A stretch of DNA of 64,000 nucleotides from an uncultured Candidatus Bathyarchaeia archaeon (lineage in GTDB: Archaea; Thermoproteota; Bathyarchaeia; Bathyarchaeales; Bathycorpusculaceae), in assembly GCA_964501075.1 (NCBI GenBank), contig CAZCRE010000001.1, positions 10,778 to 74,777 on the forward strand. The letters are read 5' to 3'. Each line of letters begins with the position of its first letter. Position 1 is the first letter of the stretch. Below the pieces are notes generated by a model, which saw only the letters and a list, made by a program, of their open reading frames with translations, had not been told where the DNA came from and made no database searches. Made by a program: the position numbers and the translations under genes. Positions 1 through 9,405 of the stretch are shown piece after piece.

Positions 1-1
1 A

Positions 2-1051
2 AAGGTTGCTTTATGCGGCTCCAACCCGCTCTCAACGCAAGACGACGTTGCTTCAGCATTAGCCGAAAAAGGCGTAAATGTCTTTGCTTGGCGGGAACAG
101 ACGACAGAAGAATATTACTGGTGCATAGAAAGAACCATCGACTACAATCCTTCAATAACTCTTGATGATGGAGCCGATCTTGTTGGCACAATTCATACAA
201 AGAGAACAGAAGCACTGCAAAGCATCAAGGGTGGCACAGAGGAAACCACAACAGGCGTTTTAAGATTGAGAGCCATGGAGAAAAATGGAAGCCTCAAATA
301 CCCAATAATAGCCGTAAATGACGCCTATACAAAGTACCTGTTCGACAATCGTTATGGCACAGGACAAAGCACTATAGATGGCCTCTTGAGAGCAACGAAC
401 ATTCTCTTGGCAGGAAAGAACTTCGTCGTCAGTGGCTACGGATGGTGCGCCAAGGGAATAGCCATGAGGGCACAGGGCATGGGAGCAAACGTGATAGTAA
501 CAGAAGTCAACCCACTCAGAGCTCTCGAAGCCGTCATGAACGGTTTCCGTGTTATGCCCATGAGTGAAGCAGCAGCCATAGGCGACATATTCGTAACGGC
601 CACAGGAGACATTAACGTACTAAGAAAAGAGCACATGCTAAACATGAAAGACGGGACAATACTTGCCAACAGTGGACACTTCAACGTTGAAATCAACGTG
701 AAAGAACTAGAAGAACAAGCAGTTTCAAAGAGAAACGTAAGGCAAAACTTGGAAGAATATACACTTAAGAATGGAAAGAAGCTATTCCTTCTTGCTGAAG
801 GAAGACTCGTAAACCTAGCTGCAGCAGAGGGTCATCCCTCAGAAGTAATGGATATGTCATTTGCAAATCAAGCCCTCAGCGTCGAGCATCTTGTAAAGAC
901 CAAGAATCTGCTGCCAAAGGTGTACCCTGTGCCAAGAGAAATAGATGAAGCAATCGCGAAGCTGAAGCTTGACTCAATCAACGTAGCGATAGACGAGTTA
1001 ACGAGCGAGCAACGAAAGTATCTGTCCACTTGGGAAATGGGAACAATATGA
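2..1051 (+). CDS. ahcY: S-adenosyl-L-homocysteine hydrolase, 5'-truncated by window edge
   Basis: Frame 2 is open from nt 2 ([30 protein letters not shown]...[13 protein letters not shown]) and runs into track ORF 266..1051. It has the NAD Rossmann motif [10 protein letters not shown] and an AhcY-like C-terminus. Confidence 0.9.
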   Translation, partial: KVALCGSNPLSTQDDVASALAEKGVNVFAWREQTTEEYYWCIERTIDYNPSITLDDGADLVGTIHTKRTEALQSIKGGTEETTTGVLRLRAMEKNGSLKYPIIAVNDAYTKYLFDNRYGTGQSTIDGLLRATNILLAGKNFVVSGYGWCAKGIAMRAQGMGANVIVTEVNPLRALEAVMNGFRVMPMSEAAAIGDIFVTATGDINVLRKEHMLNMKDGTILANSGHFNVEINVKELEEQAVSKRNVRQNLEEYTLKNGKKLFLLAEGRLVNLAAAEGHPSEVMDMSFANQALSVEHLVKTKNLLPKVYPVPREIDEAIAKLKLDSINVAIDELTSEQRKYLSTWEMGTI

Positions 1052-1125
1052 ATAACCGCATGGAATCACGGCAAGATTTAAAAGGAATAAGAAAGTAAAC
1101 ATGCTTTACACGTGGTGAATTAGAA

Positions 1126-1488
1126 ATGGTTAGTAAAGATCAAGCAATAGGTGGCCTAATCTTCATAGTTTGCGTAGTGATCGCTATCTTTTACCTAGTC
1201 ACTCTGTTTTACCCACAATGGCTGAATGTGCTGAACATACAACCAGACAATGGAGTTGTCCAGTTCTGGGTCATCGCTGTACCAGTCTTTGTAGCATTCG
1301 TCGCAGTGATGGCTATAGGTGCGTGGATAGGCTGGACTATGGCTACGACACCGCCGCCAAAGCCCATAGAGGAAATAACGTCTGAGATTGAGAAGAAGGA
1401 AGAGACAACACCTCCGACGCCTGAAGAGCCAACGCAGCCAGAGGAAGCTGTAGAAGAAAAGAAAGTCGAAAGAAAGAAGAAGAGCTAA
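1126..1488 (+). CDS. small membrane protein (2 predicted TM helices, Pro/Glu/Lys-rich tail), function unknown
   Basis: Two hydrophobic stretches (LIFIVCVVIAIFYLVTLF; FWVIAVPVFVAFVAVMAIGAWIGW) followed by a charged low-complexity C-terminus. Overlapping ORFs on other frames look like shadows. Confidence 0.5.
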   Translation: MVSKDQAIGGLIFIVCVVIAIFYLVTLFYPQWLNVLNIQPDNGVVQFWVIAVPVFVAFVAVMAIGAWIGWTMATTPPPKPIEEITSEIEKKEETTPPTPEEPTQPEEAVEEKKVERKKKS

Positions 1489-1681
1489 GAGACGCACTCT
1501 TACTCTGGCAAAGCAGTTTTTATTCACATTTTTGGTCAGAATCCAAGAAGTGTTTCCAAGATAGAGACTCGCTTGCGCTTAGGAGTAAGAAAAGTAACGA
1601 AAGTGTCCAACCATCCATATTTCAAATTCATAATTGTTTTAATCAGCACAGTCTCTTAAGCCAAACAAGGATGAGAATCAA

Positions 1682-1870
1682 ATGTACACAGTTTGGATGA
1701 GAATCGATGCAACCTTGCCATGGATAGAGCTGGAAGAAACATACAAAACAAGAAATGAAGCAAAGAAAGGGGTACAGGATTTTCTCAAAAGCATGCGGGT
1801 GAGAATCGTGCACATGCCCGATAATGCGAGACAGGTTAAGGCATTAATAACAGTCAAATCAAGGCGTTAG
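1682..1870 (+). CDS. small hypothetical protein (62 aa)
   Basis: ATG-initiated ORF in an otherwise empty gap; no recognisable motif. Confidence 0.25.
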   Translation: MYTVWMRIDATLPWIELEETYKTRNEAKKGVQDFLKSMRVRIVHMPDNARQVKALITVKSRR

Positions 1871-1966
1871 ATCAAAACAGCCTATCGAAGAAGGCTGCGA
1901 TATCACTCTTCCTAGGCAAGATCATTACTTCATCCGATCGGTTAATAGTATGCTCAGACTGGTAGT

Positions 1967-2094
1967 TGGCGCCGGGGAAGGGACTCGAACCCCTGCGAGC
2001 CAGAAGGCCCACTGGCTACCTTGTCCGCTAATTCTAAGCCCCCTTTCTTTATCAGATCTCGAGGCCAGCGCGATAACCACTCCGCCACCCCGGC
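1967..2094 (-). tRNA. tRNA-Ser (anticodon CGA) with a ~40-nt intron in the anticodon loop, CCA encoded
   Basis: The reverse complement folds by hand into a cloverleaf. Acceptor GCCGGGG/CCCCGGC with discriminator G and CCA; D arm GCG-GAGTGGTTAT-CGC. Anticodon stem CTGGC/GCCAG with loop CTCGAG[intron]A. Long variable arm GGGCC-TTCT-GGCTC; T arm AGGGG-TTCGAGT-CCCTT. Confidence 0.85.
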
Positions 2095-2423
2095 CAAGAG
2101 TAAAGTCCAAGTTGGAAGCTTTTAGCTTTATCCAATACCAGACTAGTTCAGGAAAGGCGCAACCACTTGTTTAGTGATTGGCAGATCTTCGTTTGTCTAA
2201 CAGACATGAAACACTCACTCGTCTGACAACACCCATTAATTCTATCGACGCATCTTCGCAACATTCTTTGAAATGGGCTAGACTATTGAACTGATGAGCC
2301 TCATACCAGCCAAAATCATAGTTCATCCTTCGCAATCAATCTGCAATTCTGCGAAGAACCAAGCATATCTAACGCAAGCAAACGCAGGCTGGGCCTAAAG
2401 ATTTCACAATTGTCTGGCATGCT

Positions 2424-3101
2424 TTAGAAAGCGATTTGGCTCACTCTTTGAGGCGTCTTAGATAATGAAACATTATCACCTATCCTTAATTCTTTGGTGT
2501 ACTGGATTTCGCCACTTATGCGGCAATTGGGTTCAATCGTTATGCTCTCTCCATAGATGCTTTCTGCATCCGCCCCATTTCTCATCAGGACTTGCTTTCC
2601 AAAAATGTTCTCTACACTTGCTCCTTTGCCAATGTCGACTTGATCGGCCTTTATCGGTCCCCGAGCTTCTCCTCTTTTGCCTATTTCAACAAAATGCGCA
2701 GTTGCTCCTTCTATGGTGCGTATTGAGCCACCAACTTCCACGCGACCTTCTGCAATTGCTTTTCTAGCATTGAGCGTTCCGCCTACTTCAATGTTTTTTG
2801 CAAAGACCTCACCTCCGATTTCCACTCTTCCTCCTGTCTCTAATGACCCTGACAGTCTTAAGGAACCACCAACTTCCAACTTGCCCCCGACATCTATGCT
2901 GCCACCTTCACCTGAGCCACTTATTTCGACCTTGCCGCCAACGTCTATGTCCTCGAAGGTAAGATCTCCTTCGACTTTGAACGAGCCTCCTACGTCTATT
3001 GTGTGGCCCTTGCTCTTGTTAGAAAGAAGAACAACACCGCCGACATCAATGGTGTCAAACTCTAGTTCCTCTCTTGATTCGAAAACTCCGCCTACGTCCA
3101 C
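2424..3101 (-). CDS. beta-helical repeat protein, bactofilin/DUF583-like (downstream part of a probably split gene)
   Basis: Reiterated (I/V)DVGG...V.(I/V)GG repeats every ~17-20 aa. The C-terminal part (ADQVDIGKGASVENIFGKQVLMRNGADAESIYGESITIEPNCRISGEIQY) resembles polymer-forming bactofilin repeats. Only a GTG start is available. Confidence 0.6.
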   Translation of the reverse strand: MDVGGVFESREELEFDTIDVGGVVLLSNKSKGHTIDVGGSFKVEGDLTFEDIDVGGKVEISGSGEGGSIDVGGKLEVGGSLRLSGSLETGGRVEIGGEVFAKNIEVGGTLNARKAIAEGRVEVGGSIRTIEGATAHFVEIGKRGEARGPIKADQVDIGKGASVENIFGKQVLMRNGADAESIYGESITIEPNCRISGEIQYTKELRIGDNVSLSKTPQRVSQIAF

Positions 3102-3159
3102 TTCATTAATCCTACCGCCTCTGACTTTGGCTGCACCTCCAACATCTAGTTTCTGTATG

Positions 3160-3666
3160 TCAACTCTTGATTCTGTTGTAAATGCCCCCGCCTACATCGA
3201 TTTCCTTGGCTTTAACCTCTCCTTGGGCCTTGAAGCTTCCGCCCACATCTATGCCTTCAGCTGTCACAGTTCCATCAACTTTTAGGCTTCCACCTATGTC
3301 GATTTCTCTTGAGGTCAAATCCTTGCTGACAAACAAAGCCTTGCCTACATCCACAAGTTTTGCTGTCATCTTGCCATAGACTTCCAAGCGCCCGTCTTCA
3401 ACTTCGACTTTATCTTCTATGTCCAAGTTTCCGTTGATCGTTACATCTTGCTCTGCTTCGAGTCTCCTAGCTGTTAGATCACATTCAAAGAGGGTGTGTG
3501 TGTGCTCGAAGATACCATCGCCTTCGCAGTAGACCGTGCCTAGAACCTTCACCTTCGGTGGTGTTCCTGTCCCCTTTATGATAGCATTCTTGCCTACAAC
3601 CAAATCAGCGTCTACAATGTCCAAAGTTATTGTGCTCCTCGACGGAATCGATATTTTACTGTTCAT
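3160..3666 (-). CDS. beta-helical repeat protein, bactofilin/DUF583-like (upstream part of a probably split gene)
   Basis: Same IDVGG repeat family (REIDIGGSLKVDG, EGIDVGGSFKAQG, KEIDVGGG). The ORF ends just after a G5 homopolymer. Confidence 0.6.
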   Translation of the reverse strand: MNSKISIPSRSTITLDIVDADLVVGKNAIIKGTGTPPKVKVLGTVYCEGDGIFEHTHTLFECDLTARRLEAEQDVTINGNLDIEDKVEVEDGRLEVYGKMTAKLVDVGKALFVSKDLTSREIDIGGSLKVDGTVTAEGIDVGGSFKAQGEVKAKEIDVGGGIYNRIKS

Positions 3667-3734
3667 CTCTCAACCCTTCAATATGAAGCCATGTTCTTGT
3701 GCTTAAAAAACGGAACTCACCTTTTGTGACTACT

Positions 3735-3965
3735 TCACGACTGAAGAGTCACTCCTCTTTGAAGAGCGAATTCTGCCACGCTGTCTCTTCCCTGTCCAAC
3801 ACTGATCAGGTAATCCTTAGTAGTTCCTAAGAACATATGTGCCGAGAATTTTGCTGTAGGCTCGGTTTCTTCCGTGGCGCTTATGCTCTGAATTGTGCTA
3901 AACTTGGCTTTGTTTCCCAAGTTTAATATATTCTTGACTTTTCGTGTCATTCTTGCGCACCCCAT
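3735..3965 (-). CDS. hypothetical small protein (76 aa)
   Basis: ORF only; same strand as neighbours, no motif recognised. Confidence 0.2.
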   Translation of the reverse strand: MGCARMTRKVKNILNLGNKAKFSTIQSISATEETEPTAKFSAHMFLGTTKDYLISVGQGRDSVAEFALQRGVTLQS

Positions 3966-4056
3966 TCTATTCTAGGGAGGTCTATCATTATGCAACCCTT
4001 AAAAGGCGACGCACATCAAGAAAACACTCTTTGTAGTAACAAGATGTAACTGTAGC

Positions 4057-4332
4057 TCATTCTTCTAGCGCAGCGAAGAATTTTCGCATTCGTTTGAATG
4101 TTTCTAGGAATTCCAATCCCCATTTTGTGGCCCCATATTTCTTCGTATCATCCACAGGTATTTCTCTAATGAAGCCGTGCGAAACTAGAAAAGTCAGGAC
4201 CTTTTTTGTTCGATCTACTGGCATGTTAGCACCGTATGAGACTCTTGTCAATGAGCAGGTTCCCTTTCTCACAATCATCCCTATTACGTCTGCATAGATG
4301 TCATACTTCGTCCTCCTCCGCTCGTCTGACAA
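4057..4332 (-). CDS. winged-helix DNA-binding protein (archaeal wHTH, HTH_45-like)
   Basis: 91 aa. The pattern YDIYADVIGMI...CSLTRVSYGANMPVDRTKKVLTFLVSHGFI is typical of small archaeal wHTH regulators. Confidence 0.6.
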   Translation of the reverse strand: MSDERRRTKYDIYADVIGMIVRKGTCSLTRVSYGANMPVDRTKKVLTFLVSHGFIREIPVDDTKKYGATKWGLEFLETFKRMRKFFAALEE

Positions 4333-4494
4333 GGTATTTTCCTCGCAAGCTTCTCCATTATTTTACACTATATCACTAGTCTCGATGGCGTGATGAATAT
4401 TCTTTTGAACTGATCAGTTAAATGCTTTTAGCAATAGAACACGCTAAGACAACTCGGCTTAAGAGGCAGACCCCTTACAATGTCATGTGCCCGT

Positions 4495-5511
4495 TCAGTC
4501 TCTCTTTGAAACAACTAAATCTGCGATGTCCACGCTATGCTCATAAATTTGCCGCAAAAACGACGCCGCTGCTAAAATGTATGGCATGACTTCAACGGGC
4601 TGAACGCCTGCAACAGCTTCTATACTTGTAAAGTTCCGTTCCATCTTCTCGCGCATTGTTCGGACGCTTTCGGCTGATGCAGTATCACTTGCTATAAAAG
4701 CATTCAAAGCAACCTCATGAGCTTCGAAGCAAGCCGAATGAAAATCCACGAGAGATTTCCCCAAGTCCCCGCCTAACTTCAAACCCTTCAATTCCATTGT
4801 TTTGTTAGCTACATGAACGCACTCGTCTCCTATGGTTTCTACTAAGCTGGCGACTAGGCGGTAATCGAGGCATTCGATGGGGCTAACTCCCAATTTCTCA
4901 CTGAGTCTTGGGTTTTGGATAATTGTACGTAATATTCGCACAAGAAGGAAATACAATCTATTGATTTCATCGTCACGTGCGACAACATTTTTCGCCAAGG
5001 ACTGCTCTCCATCAATCAAGGCGTTAACAACATCGCGGTGCATACCAGCAGCAAGGGCATACGCCCGTCTCAGAATCTTTTCAGGCGGAAAACCTGACGG
5101 CTCCAATAAGCATTGCATGACTATGTTGGAGTAATCTTCCTCCACGATTTCTAGTCCTATTAGTCGGTTAACAGCACCTTTGACAATGTTTCGAACCTCA
5201 AAACTGATACAACCTTTCGATTCTACACGAATAATGTCAAAACCAAGCAAGTATTTGCCTATGATTTCGCGATTCAAATAAAGACCTGGCTTCAAAATCG
5301 CAGTGCGTTGAGAGGGAGCAACGCCGTACTGTGGGTCAAGGAGCAGCTTGCCATCGCTAGTCTCAACAATGGCTAGAATAGAACCACGATTCAATCCATA
5401 ACGTTCAGCCCAAGATTTGGGCACGCAAACAAAGAACGTGCCATTGGGAGTGCGCTGAACCTTGCGCATAACGCTCATATACATCACGCCCAGTGTCGCT
5501 AATTGCAACAA
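4495..5511 (-). CDS. PhoU-family phosphate uptake regulator with N-terminal AbrB/SpoVT domain
   Basis: MRKVQRTPNGTFFVCVPKSWAERYGL is an AbrB-like swapped-hairpin motif, followed by two PhoU-like helical repeats. The true start is probably one of the ATGs at 5484, 5478 or 5469; 5511 is a TTG. Confidence 0.7.
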   Translation of the reverse strand: MLQLATLGVMYMSVMRKVQRTPNGTFFVCVPKSWAERYGLNRGSILAIVETSDGKLLLDPQYGVAPSQRTAILKPGLYLNREIIGKYLLGFDIIRVESKGCISFEVRNIVKGAVNRLIGLEIVEEDYSNIVMQCLLEPSGFPPEKILRRAYALAAGMHRDVVNALIDGEQSLAKNVVARDDEINRLYFLLVRILRTIIQNPRLSEKLGVSPIECLDYRLVASLVETIGDECVHVANKTMELKGLKLGGDLGKSLVDFHSACFEAHEVALNAFIASDTASAESVRTMREKMERNFTSIEAVAGVQPVEVMPYILAAASFLRQIYEHSVDIADLVVSKRD

Positions 5512-5734
5512 TAATACTAACGTGTCTAAACATTTGGCGTGATATATAAATTTGCACAGCCGATTTCTGGATCACCCAGCAGCATGGCTGTAAAGCATTT
5601 AGAAAGACCTGTTGCCTCATGTTGAAGCTCGTCACCCATTCAGATAACTAGGTTAATAATGGAAGAAGTCAATAAAGCATAGTACAAAAAATGTAAAATT
5701 TGCTTGAGGCACATGCATAGAGAGCCGATCGAAA

Positions 5735-7309
5735 ATGAGCGACCCCGAAAAGCTTAGAAAAGCTGTGGAATTAACCATTGCAGCAGGGTATCAGTTAAAT
5801 CAAGAAGCTTTTTGCTTCTTAACAATGGTAGCCACTACGGAAGATCCATCTGAAATCATCGGTAAGGCCATAAAGAAACTTGGGGATTTGCACGAAAAAC
5901 CCTTTTTTATAAACAGAAGTCTCCTAGAAGAGCTGCTAGAAGAAGCAGAACAATCAAATGAGACGGCCACGAAAACACCAGATACTCAGTTTCAAGAACA
6001 GCCCAATCCGCAAGCACTTCAGACTTCGCAAATAACTGAAGGAAGGAAGCAATTCCAACCATACGCGAAAGGCATTGAGAAGAGCATCAACATCATTGAA
6101 AACTCATCTGGCAAGATCAGCTCGAACGGCACTATTGAGGATTTTCTGGAATACTTCCGCGACAGATTCAAGCGCACTGAAAGATTACTGAGGCAACGAA
6201 TTGATGTGAAAAGTGCAACGTCAATCATAGACGCGCTTAAAGCCCCTGCAAACACCAAGCTCAAGATCATTGGACTGATAACAGAGAAACGAGAAACGAA
6301 GCAACGAACAATTCTGTCAATAGAGGATCTAGAAGCACACATCACAGTTCTTGTATCACAAAATGCTTCAGAGGATCTCCGCAAAAAGGCACAATTGCTC
6401 ATGCTTGATCAAGTTGTCTGCTTAAGCGTCATCAAAGCAAAAACAGGATTGCTAATAGCAGATGACATAATCTTACCTGAAGTAGGCCAGAGAACCCCAC
6501 ATAAAGCCTCAGAACGAGTCAGCGCAGTACTCACCTCAGACATTCATGTAGGAAGCACAAAATTCCAAAGAGAATCTTTCAGCCGCTTCATACTATGGCT
6601 AAACGGGAAATATGGAAACGATCAGATGAAGGAAGTCGCAAGCCACATCAAATACGTTTTGATAGCAGGCGACATTGTTGACGGCGTGGGAGTCTATCCA
6701 AATCAATCGAAGGAACTGTCGACCAAAGACATCAACAAGCAATACCGCCTTGCTGCAAAGTACATTGAACAAATCCCAGATTACATAGAAGTGATAATAA
6801 TACCCGGCAACCATGACGCGCCCAGAAAGGCTCTTCCCCAACCCGCAATATCAGGCGCCTACCTTGAAGCACTCAAAGAATCAAAGAATGTCTATTCACT
6901 TGGGAATCCATGCACTGTGAGCATCCACGGCGTAGAAGTGCTTATGTATCATGGCCGCAGTCTAGACGATGTCATCTCTACTGTCCCAGGGATGAGCAAC
7001 AATAATCCCGAAAAAGCAATGCGTCTACTATTGCAGAGCCGCCACCTCGCTCCGCTATATGGTGGCAAAACCACATTGTCACCTGAAAGCAGAGACTCCC
7101 TTGTCATAGAGCGTGTCCCCGACATTTTCCATGCAGGTCACATTCATGCATTAGGTTACTGCAATTACCGAGGAGTTTCAATCATAAACTCCGGCGGATG
7201 GCAAGAACAAACAGACTATATGAAGAAGCTTGGATTCATGCCGACATGCGGGAAAGTGCCTGTCGTCGACCTCCAAACACTGGAAATAACTAATGTTCCA
7301 TTCAACTGA
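5735..7309 (+). CDS. dp1: DNA polymerase II (PolD) small subunit DP1
   Basis: 524 aa with calcineurin-like phosphoesterase motifs (SDIHVGS, GDIVDG, PGNHD, GHIH) and an OB-like middle region, as in archaeal DP1. Confidence 0.9.
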   Translation: MSDPEKLRKAVELTIAAGYQLNQEAFCFLTMVATTEDPSEIIGKAIKKLGDLHEKPFFINRSLLEELLEEAEQSNETATKTPDTQFQEQPNPQALQTSQITEGRKQFQPYAKGIEKSINIIENSSGKISSNGTIEDFLEYFRDRFKRTERLLRQRIDVKSATSIIDALKAPANTKLKIIGLITEKRETKQRTILSIEDLEAHITVLVSQNASEDLRKKAQLLMLDQVVCLSVIKAKTGLLIADDIILPEVGQRTPHKASERVSAVLTSDIHVGSTKFQRESFSRFILWLNGKYGNDQMKEVASHIKYVLIAGDIVDGVGVYPNQSKELSTKDINKQYRLAAKYIEQIPDYIEVIIIPGNHDAPRKALPQPAISGAYLEALKESKNVYSLGNPCTVSIHGVEVLMYHGRSLDDVISTVPGMSNNNPEKAMRLLLQSRHLAPLYGGKTTLSPESRDSLVIERVPDIFHAGHIHALGYCNYRGVSIINSGGWQEQTDYMKKLGFMPTCGKVPVVDLQTLEITNVPFN

Positions 7310-7356
7310 GGAATAAGATATATTGAATTGTTTCGATAATTGCATGCTAATTCTCT

Positions 7357-8607
7357 TCAGTGGGCATTGTTTGCACATTTTGACAAGCAATTTGGCACGT
7401 AATCGACTAGACGCCCGAGTCTGCCATCATTTGCAAAAACATCCTTAATAAGCCCCCGTGCTATTTCCAGCTTAATCCTTTTTGTTCGTCCATACCTTCC
7501 CATGCTTGTGACTTTAGCATTCAATAACCCCATAGAATCAAGTTCATTAACTAAGGACCCCAATCTGCGCTGTGTTAACGGCACAATTCCTACTTCACCA
7601 CAAATCTCGCTGTAGACTTCATAGATTTCTCCTGTAATAGCCTTTTGAATTTCTGCTTTGCTAAGAGTGTAAACGCTAAGGATCACAAGTTTTGAATGAA
7701 AGGTCAAGTTCTTCAAGGCTTCAAAAACACGATTGTGTTCTATGTGCTTTTCAGCCTCTCGCACATGATCTTCAACAACTACAGCAACGCCCTGTCGTTC
7801 AGCAACCTCACCAGCAACACGTAACAAATCTAGAGCTCGCCTAGCGTCGCCATGCTCTGCCGCTGCCAACGCTGAGCAGAGGTTGAGTGCAGACTCAGAC
7901 AAAGTGCATTCATGAAATGAGAGACTAGAGCGCTCTGAAAGAATATTCCTCAGCTCATTAGCATCGTAGGGTCTAAAGACCATCTCCTCCTCGCTTAGGG
8001 AGCTTAGAACACGTGGATCCAGTAACTCCTTCAGTCGCAAGTCATTAGAGATCCCAATCAGAGAGACTTTGCTTCTGGATAAGGATTCATTGATTCTGGT
8101 TAATTCGTAGAGGAGTATATCACCACGTGCTTTTATTAATGCGTCGACCTCATCCAAGACTATGATAAGAGTAGTCTTTGAGGAATCTAATCCTGTTTGG
8201 AACCTGTCAAAGACTTCGCCAGCAGAAAGCCCCGTGAATGGAACCGCTACACCTACGTTTTGGCAAAGGCTAGCAAAAATCCGGTATTCTGAACCCACTA
8301 TTCTGCAATTGACATAACAGAATCTGATAGGTGCACTGAATTCTTTAGCCTTGGCTTCCAAGTGATTCAGAACATATTTTACTACGGCAGTTTTGCCTGT
8401 ACCAGTCTTCCCATAAATAATTATGTTTGAGCTCCTCGCACCACGCAATACCGGCGCAATCGTCTCACCCAATTGCCTAATCTGATCCTCTCTGTGAGGT
8501 AATTTACCGGGTACGTAATCGTGCCGAAGCACATCGCGATCTTTGAAAACCTTGGAAACATGAGTAACTCTCTCAAACACCCCATCAAGAATGTTAGTTT
8601 CAGACAT
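7357..8607 (-). CDS. cdc6: ORC1-type DNA replication initiator Orc1/Cdc6
   Basis: AAA+ Walker A (GKTGTGKT) and Walker B (LIIVLDEVD), plus a C-terminal winged helix. The gene lies directly next to ORB repeats. Confidence 0.92.
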   Translation of the reverse strand: MSETNILDGVFERVTHVSKVFKDRDVLRHDYVPGKLPHREDQIRQLGETIAPVLRGARSSNIIIYGKTGTGKTAVVKYVLNHLEAKAKEFSAPIRFCYVNCRIVGSEYRIFASLCQNVGVAVPFTGLSAGEVFDRFQTGLDSSKTTLIIVLDEVDALIKARGDILLYELTRINESLSRSKVSLIGISNDLRLKELLDPRVLSSLSEEEMVFRPYDANELRNILSERSSLSFHECTLSESALNLCSALAAAEHGDARRALDLLRVAGEVAERQGVAVVVEDHVREAEKHIEHNRVFEALKNLTFHSKLVILSVYTLSKAEIQKAITGEIYEVYSEICGEVGIVPLTQRRLGSLVNELDSMGLLNAKVTSMGRYGRTKRIKLEIARGLIKDVFANDGRLGRLVDYVPNCLSKCANNAH

Positions 8608-8750
8608 CCCTCTCCCTTCTAAATACCTTCAAAGGTAACGCCACTTCTTCGAGTGGAGAAATAAGGGCTACCATACAAAAAAATAGATTGATGGTGTAAT
8701 AATCCTAAAAGTGTCCTATACTCTCGTGTCTGATCTCAAAGTCATATGGG

Positions 8751-8775
8751 CACACCCCTCGTCGTCCACTGGAAC
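8751..8775 (-). repeat. origin recognition box ORB1
   Basis: Reverse complement is gTTCCAGTGGAcgacgaGGGGTGtg: a dyad core TCCAGTGGA plus a G-string. Confidence 0.7.
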
Positions 8776-8942
8776 TCTGTCTTTGGAATAGATTATTGGA
8801 GAATTGTTGATGATTTCTTTATGAAAGAAGCATACTCTAAAGCGTTAATCCATAGTTATCAATATAATATATCTTGTAGAGTAAAATTGATAATCACTAA
8901 AGAATTTTGTTACGGAAAGTCAAAATTGGTTGACACTTTCCG

Positions 8943-8966
8943 TTTCCACTAGAAACATTGGGGTGC
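8943..8966 (+). repeat. origin recognition box ORB2
   Basis: tTTCCACTAGAaacattGGGGTGc. It is inverted relative to ORB1, across the AT-rich segment. Confidence 0.7.
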
Positions 8967-9183
8967 CACTCACGCAATGTTAAATTGCGGATCTGAATTC
9001 ATTGGCAAACGCTATCGTGCGCCTACCTTTCTGGAAAGGTCTATTTGAGAGATAGTCTTGAACTGGCCTTTGTCATTTCTGTTTCACTATTGTGAATACC
9101 TTGTGAAGTTTACTGAAAAATGGATGTTTTCTTTCTTCTTTCCACTATTATTTAGTTATCTATGCTCTTTTTCTGTGAATTGA

Positions 9184-9206
9184 CTCACCCCACATTTCTA
9201 CTGGAT
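9184..9206 (-). repeat. origin recognition box ORB3
   Basis: Reverse complement is aTCCAGTAGAaatgtGGGGTGag. Confidence 0.6.
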
Positions 9207-9405
9207 ATATAGATCAGAACCTTTCCCTTTCCCTTCTTGAGCTTCTGAAGTACTGTGAATGCTGTTATACCAAAATCATAGCAATTCATGCCTTTTTCTT
9301 CATTTGATGCTCAATTATAGGTTTTTCCATGGTTATCCTTGACCGTAACACCTATAACTTGTGAACTGTAGATTTGTGAACACCATCCCGAAATAGGTTG
9401 CACTA

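Larger units (their letters stand above)
8640..9210. other. chromosomal replication origin (oriC) region
   Basis: An 800-bp non-coding gap upstream of orc1/cdc6. It has three ORB-like elements and an AT-rich putative unwinding segment at 8776-8942. Confidence 0.75.

Noticed and set aside
1925-2174. Two overlapping ORFs (61 and 74 aa)
   Set aside because: They lie over the intron-containing tRNA-Ser gene and are not coding.
2291-2297. CTGATGA C-box-like heptamer downstream of the tRNA
   Set aside because: No D' or D box follows at 12-nt spacing.
2163-2323. 53-codon minus-strand ORF (MNYDFGWYEAHQFNSLAHFKECCEDAS...)
   Set aside because: No recognisable family and no clear ribosome-binding or promoter signal, so evidence is insufficient.
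2677-3285. 202-aa plus-strand ORF rich in PPTS repeats
   Set aside because: It is the antisense shadow of the IDVGG repeat genes: GGxxD codons read backwards. It spans the gap between the two minus-strand ORFs only because the repeat continues there.
8746-8952. 68-aa ORF in the cdc6-upstream gap
   Set aside because: It covers ORB1, the AT-rich unwinding segment and ORB2. Composition and context indicate origin DNA, not a gene.
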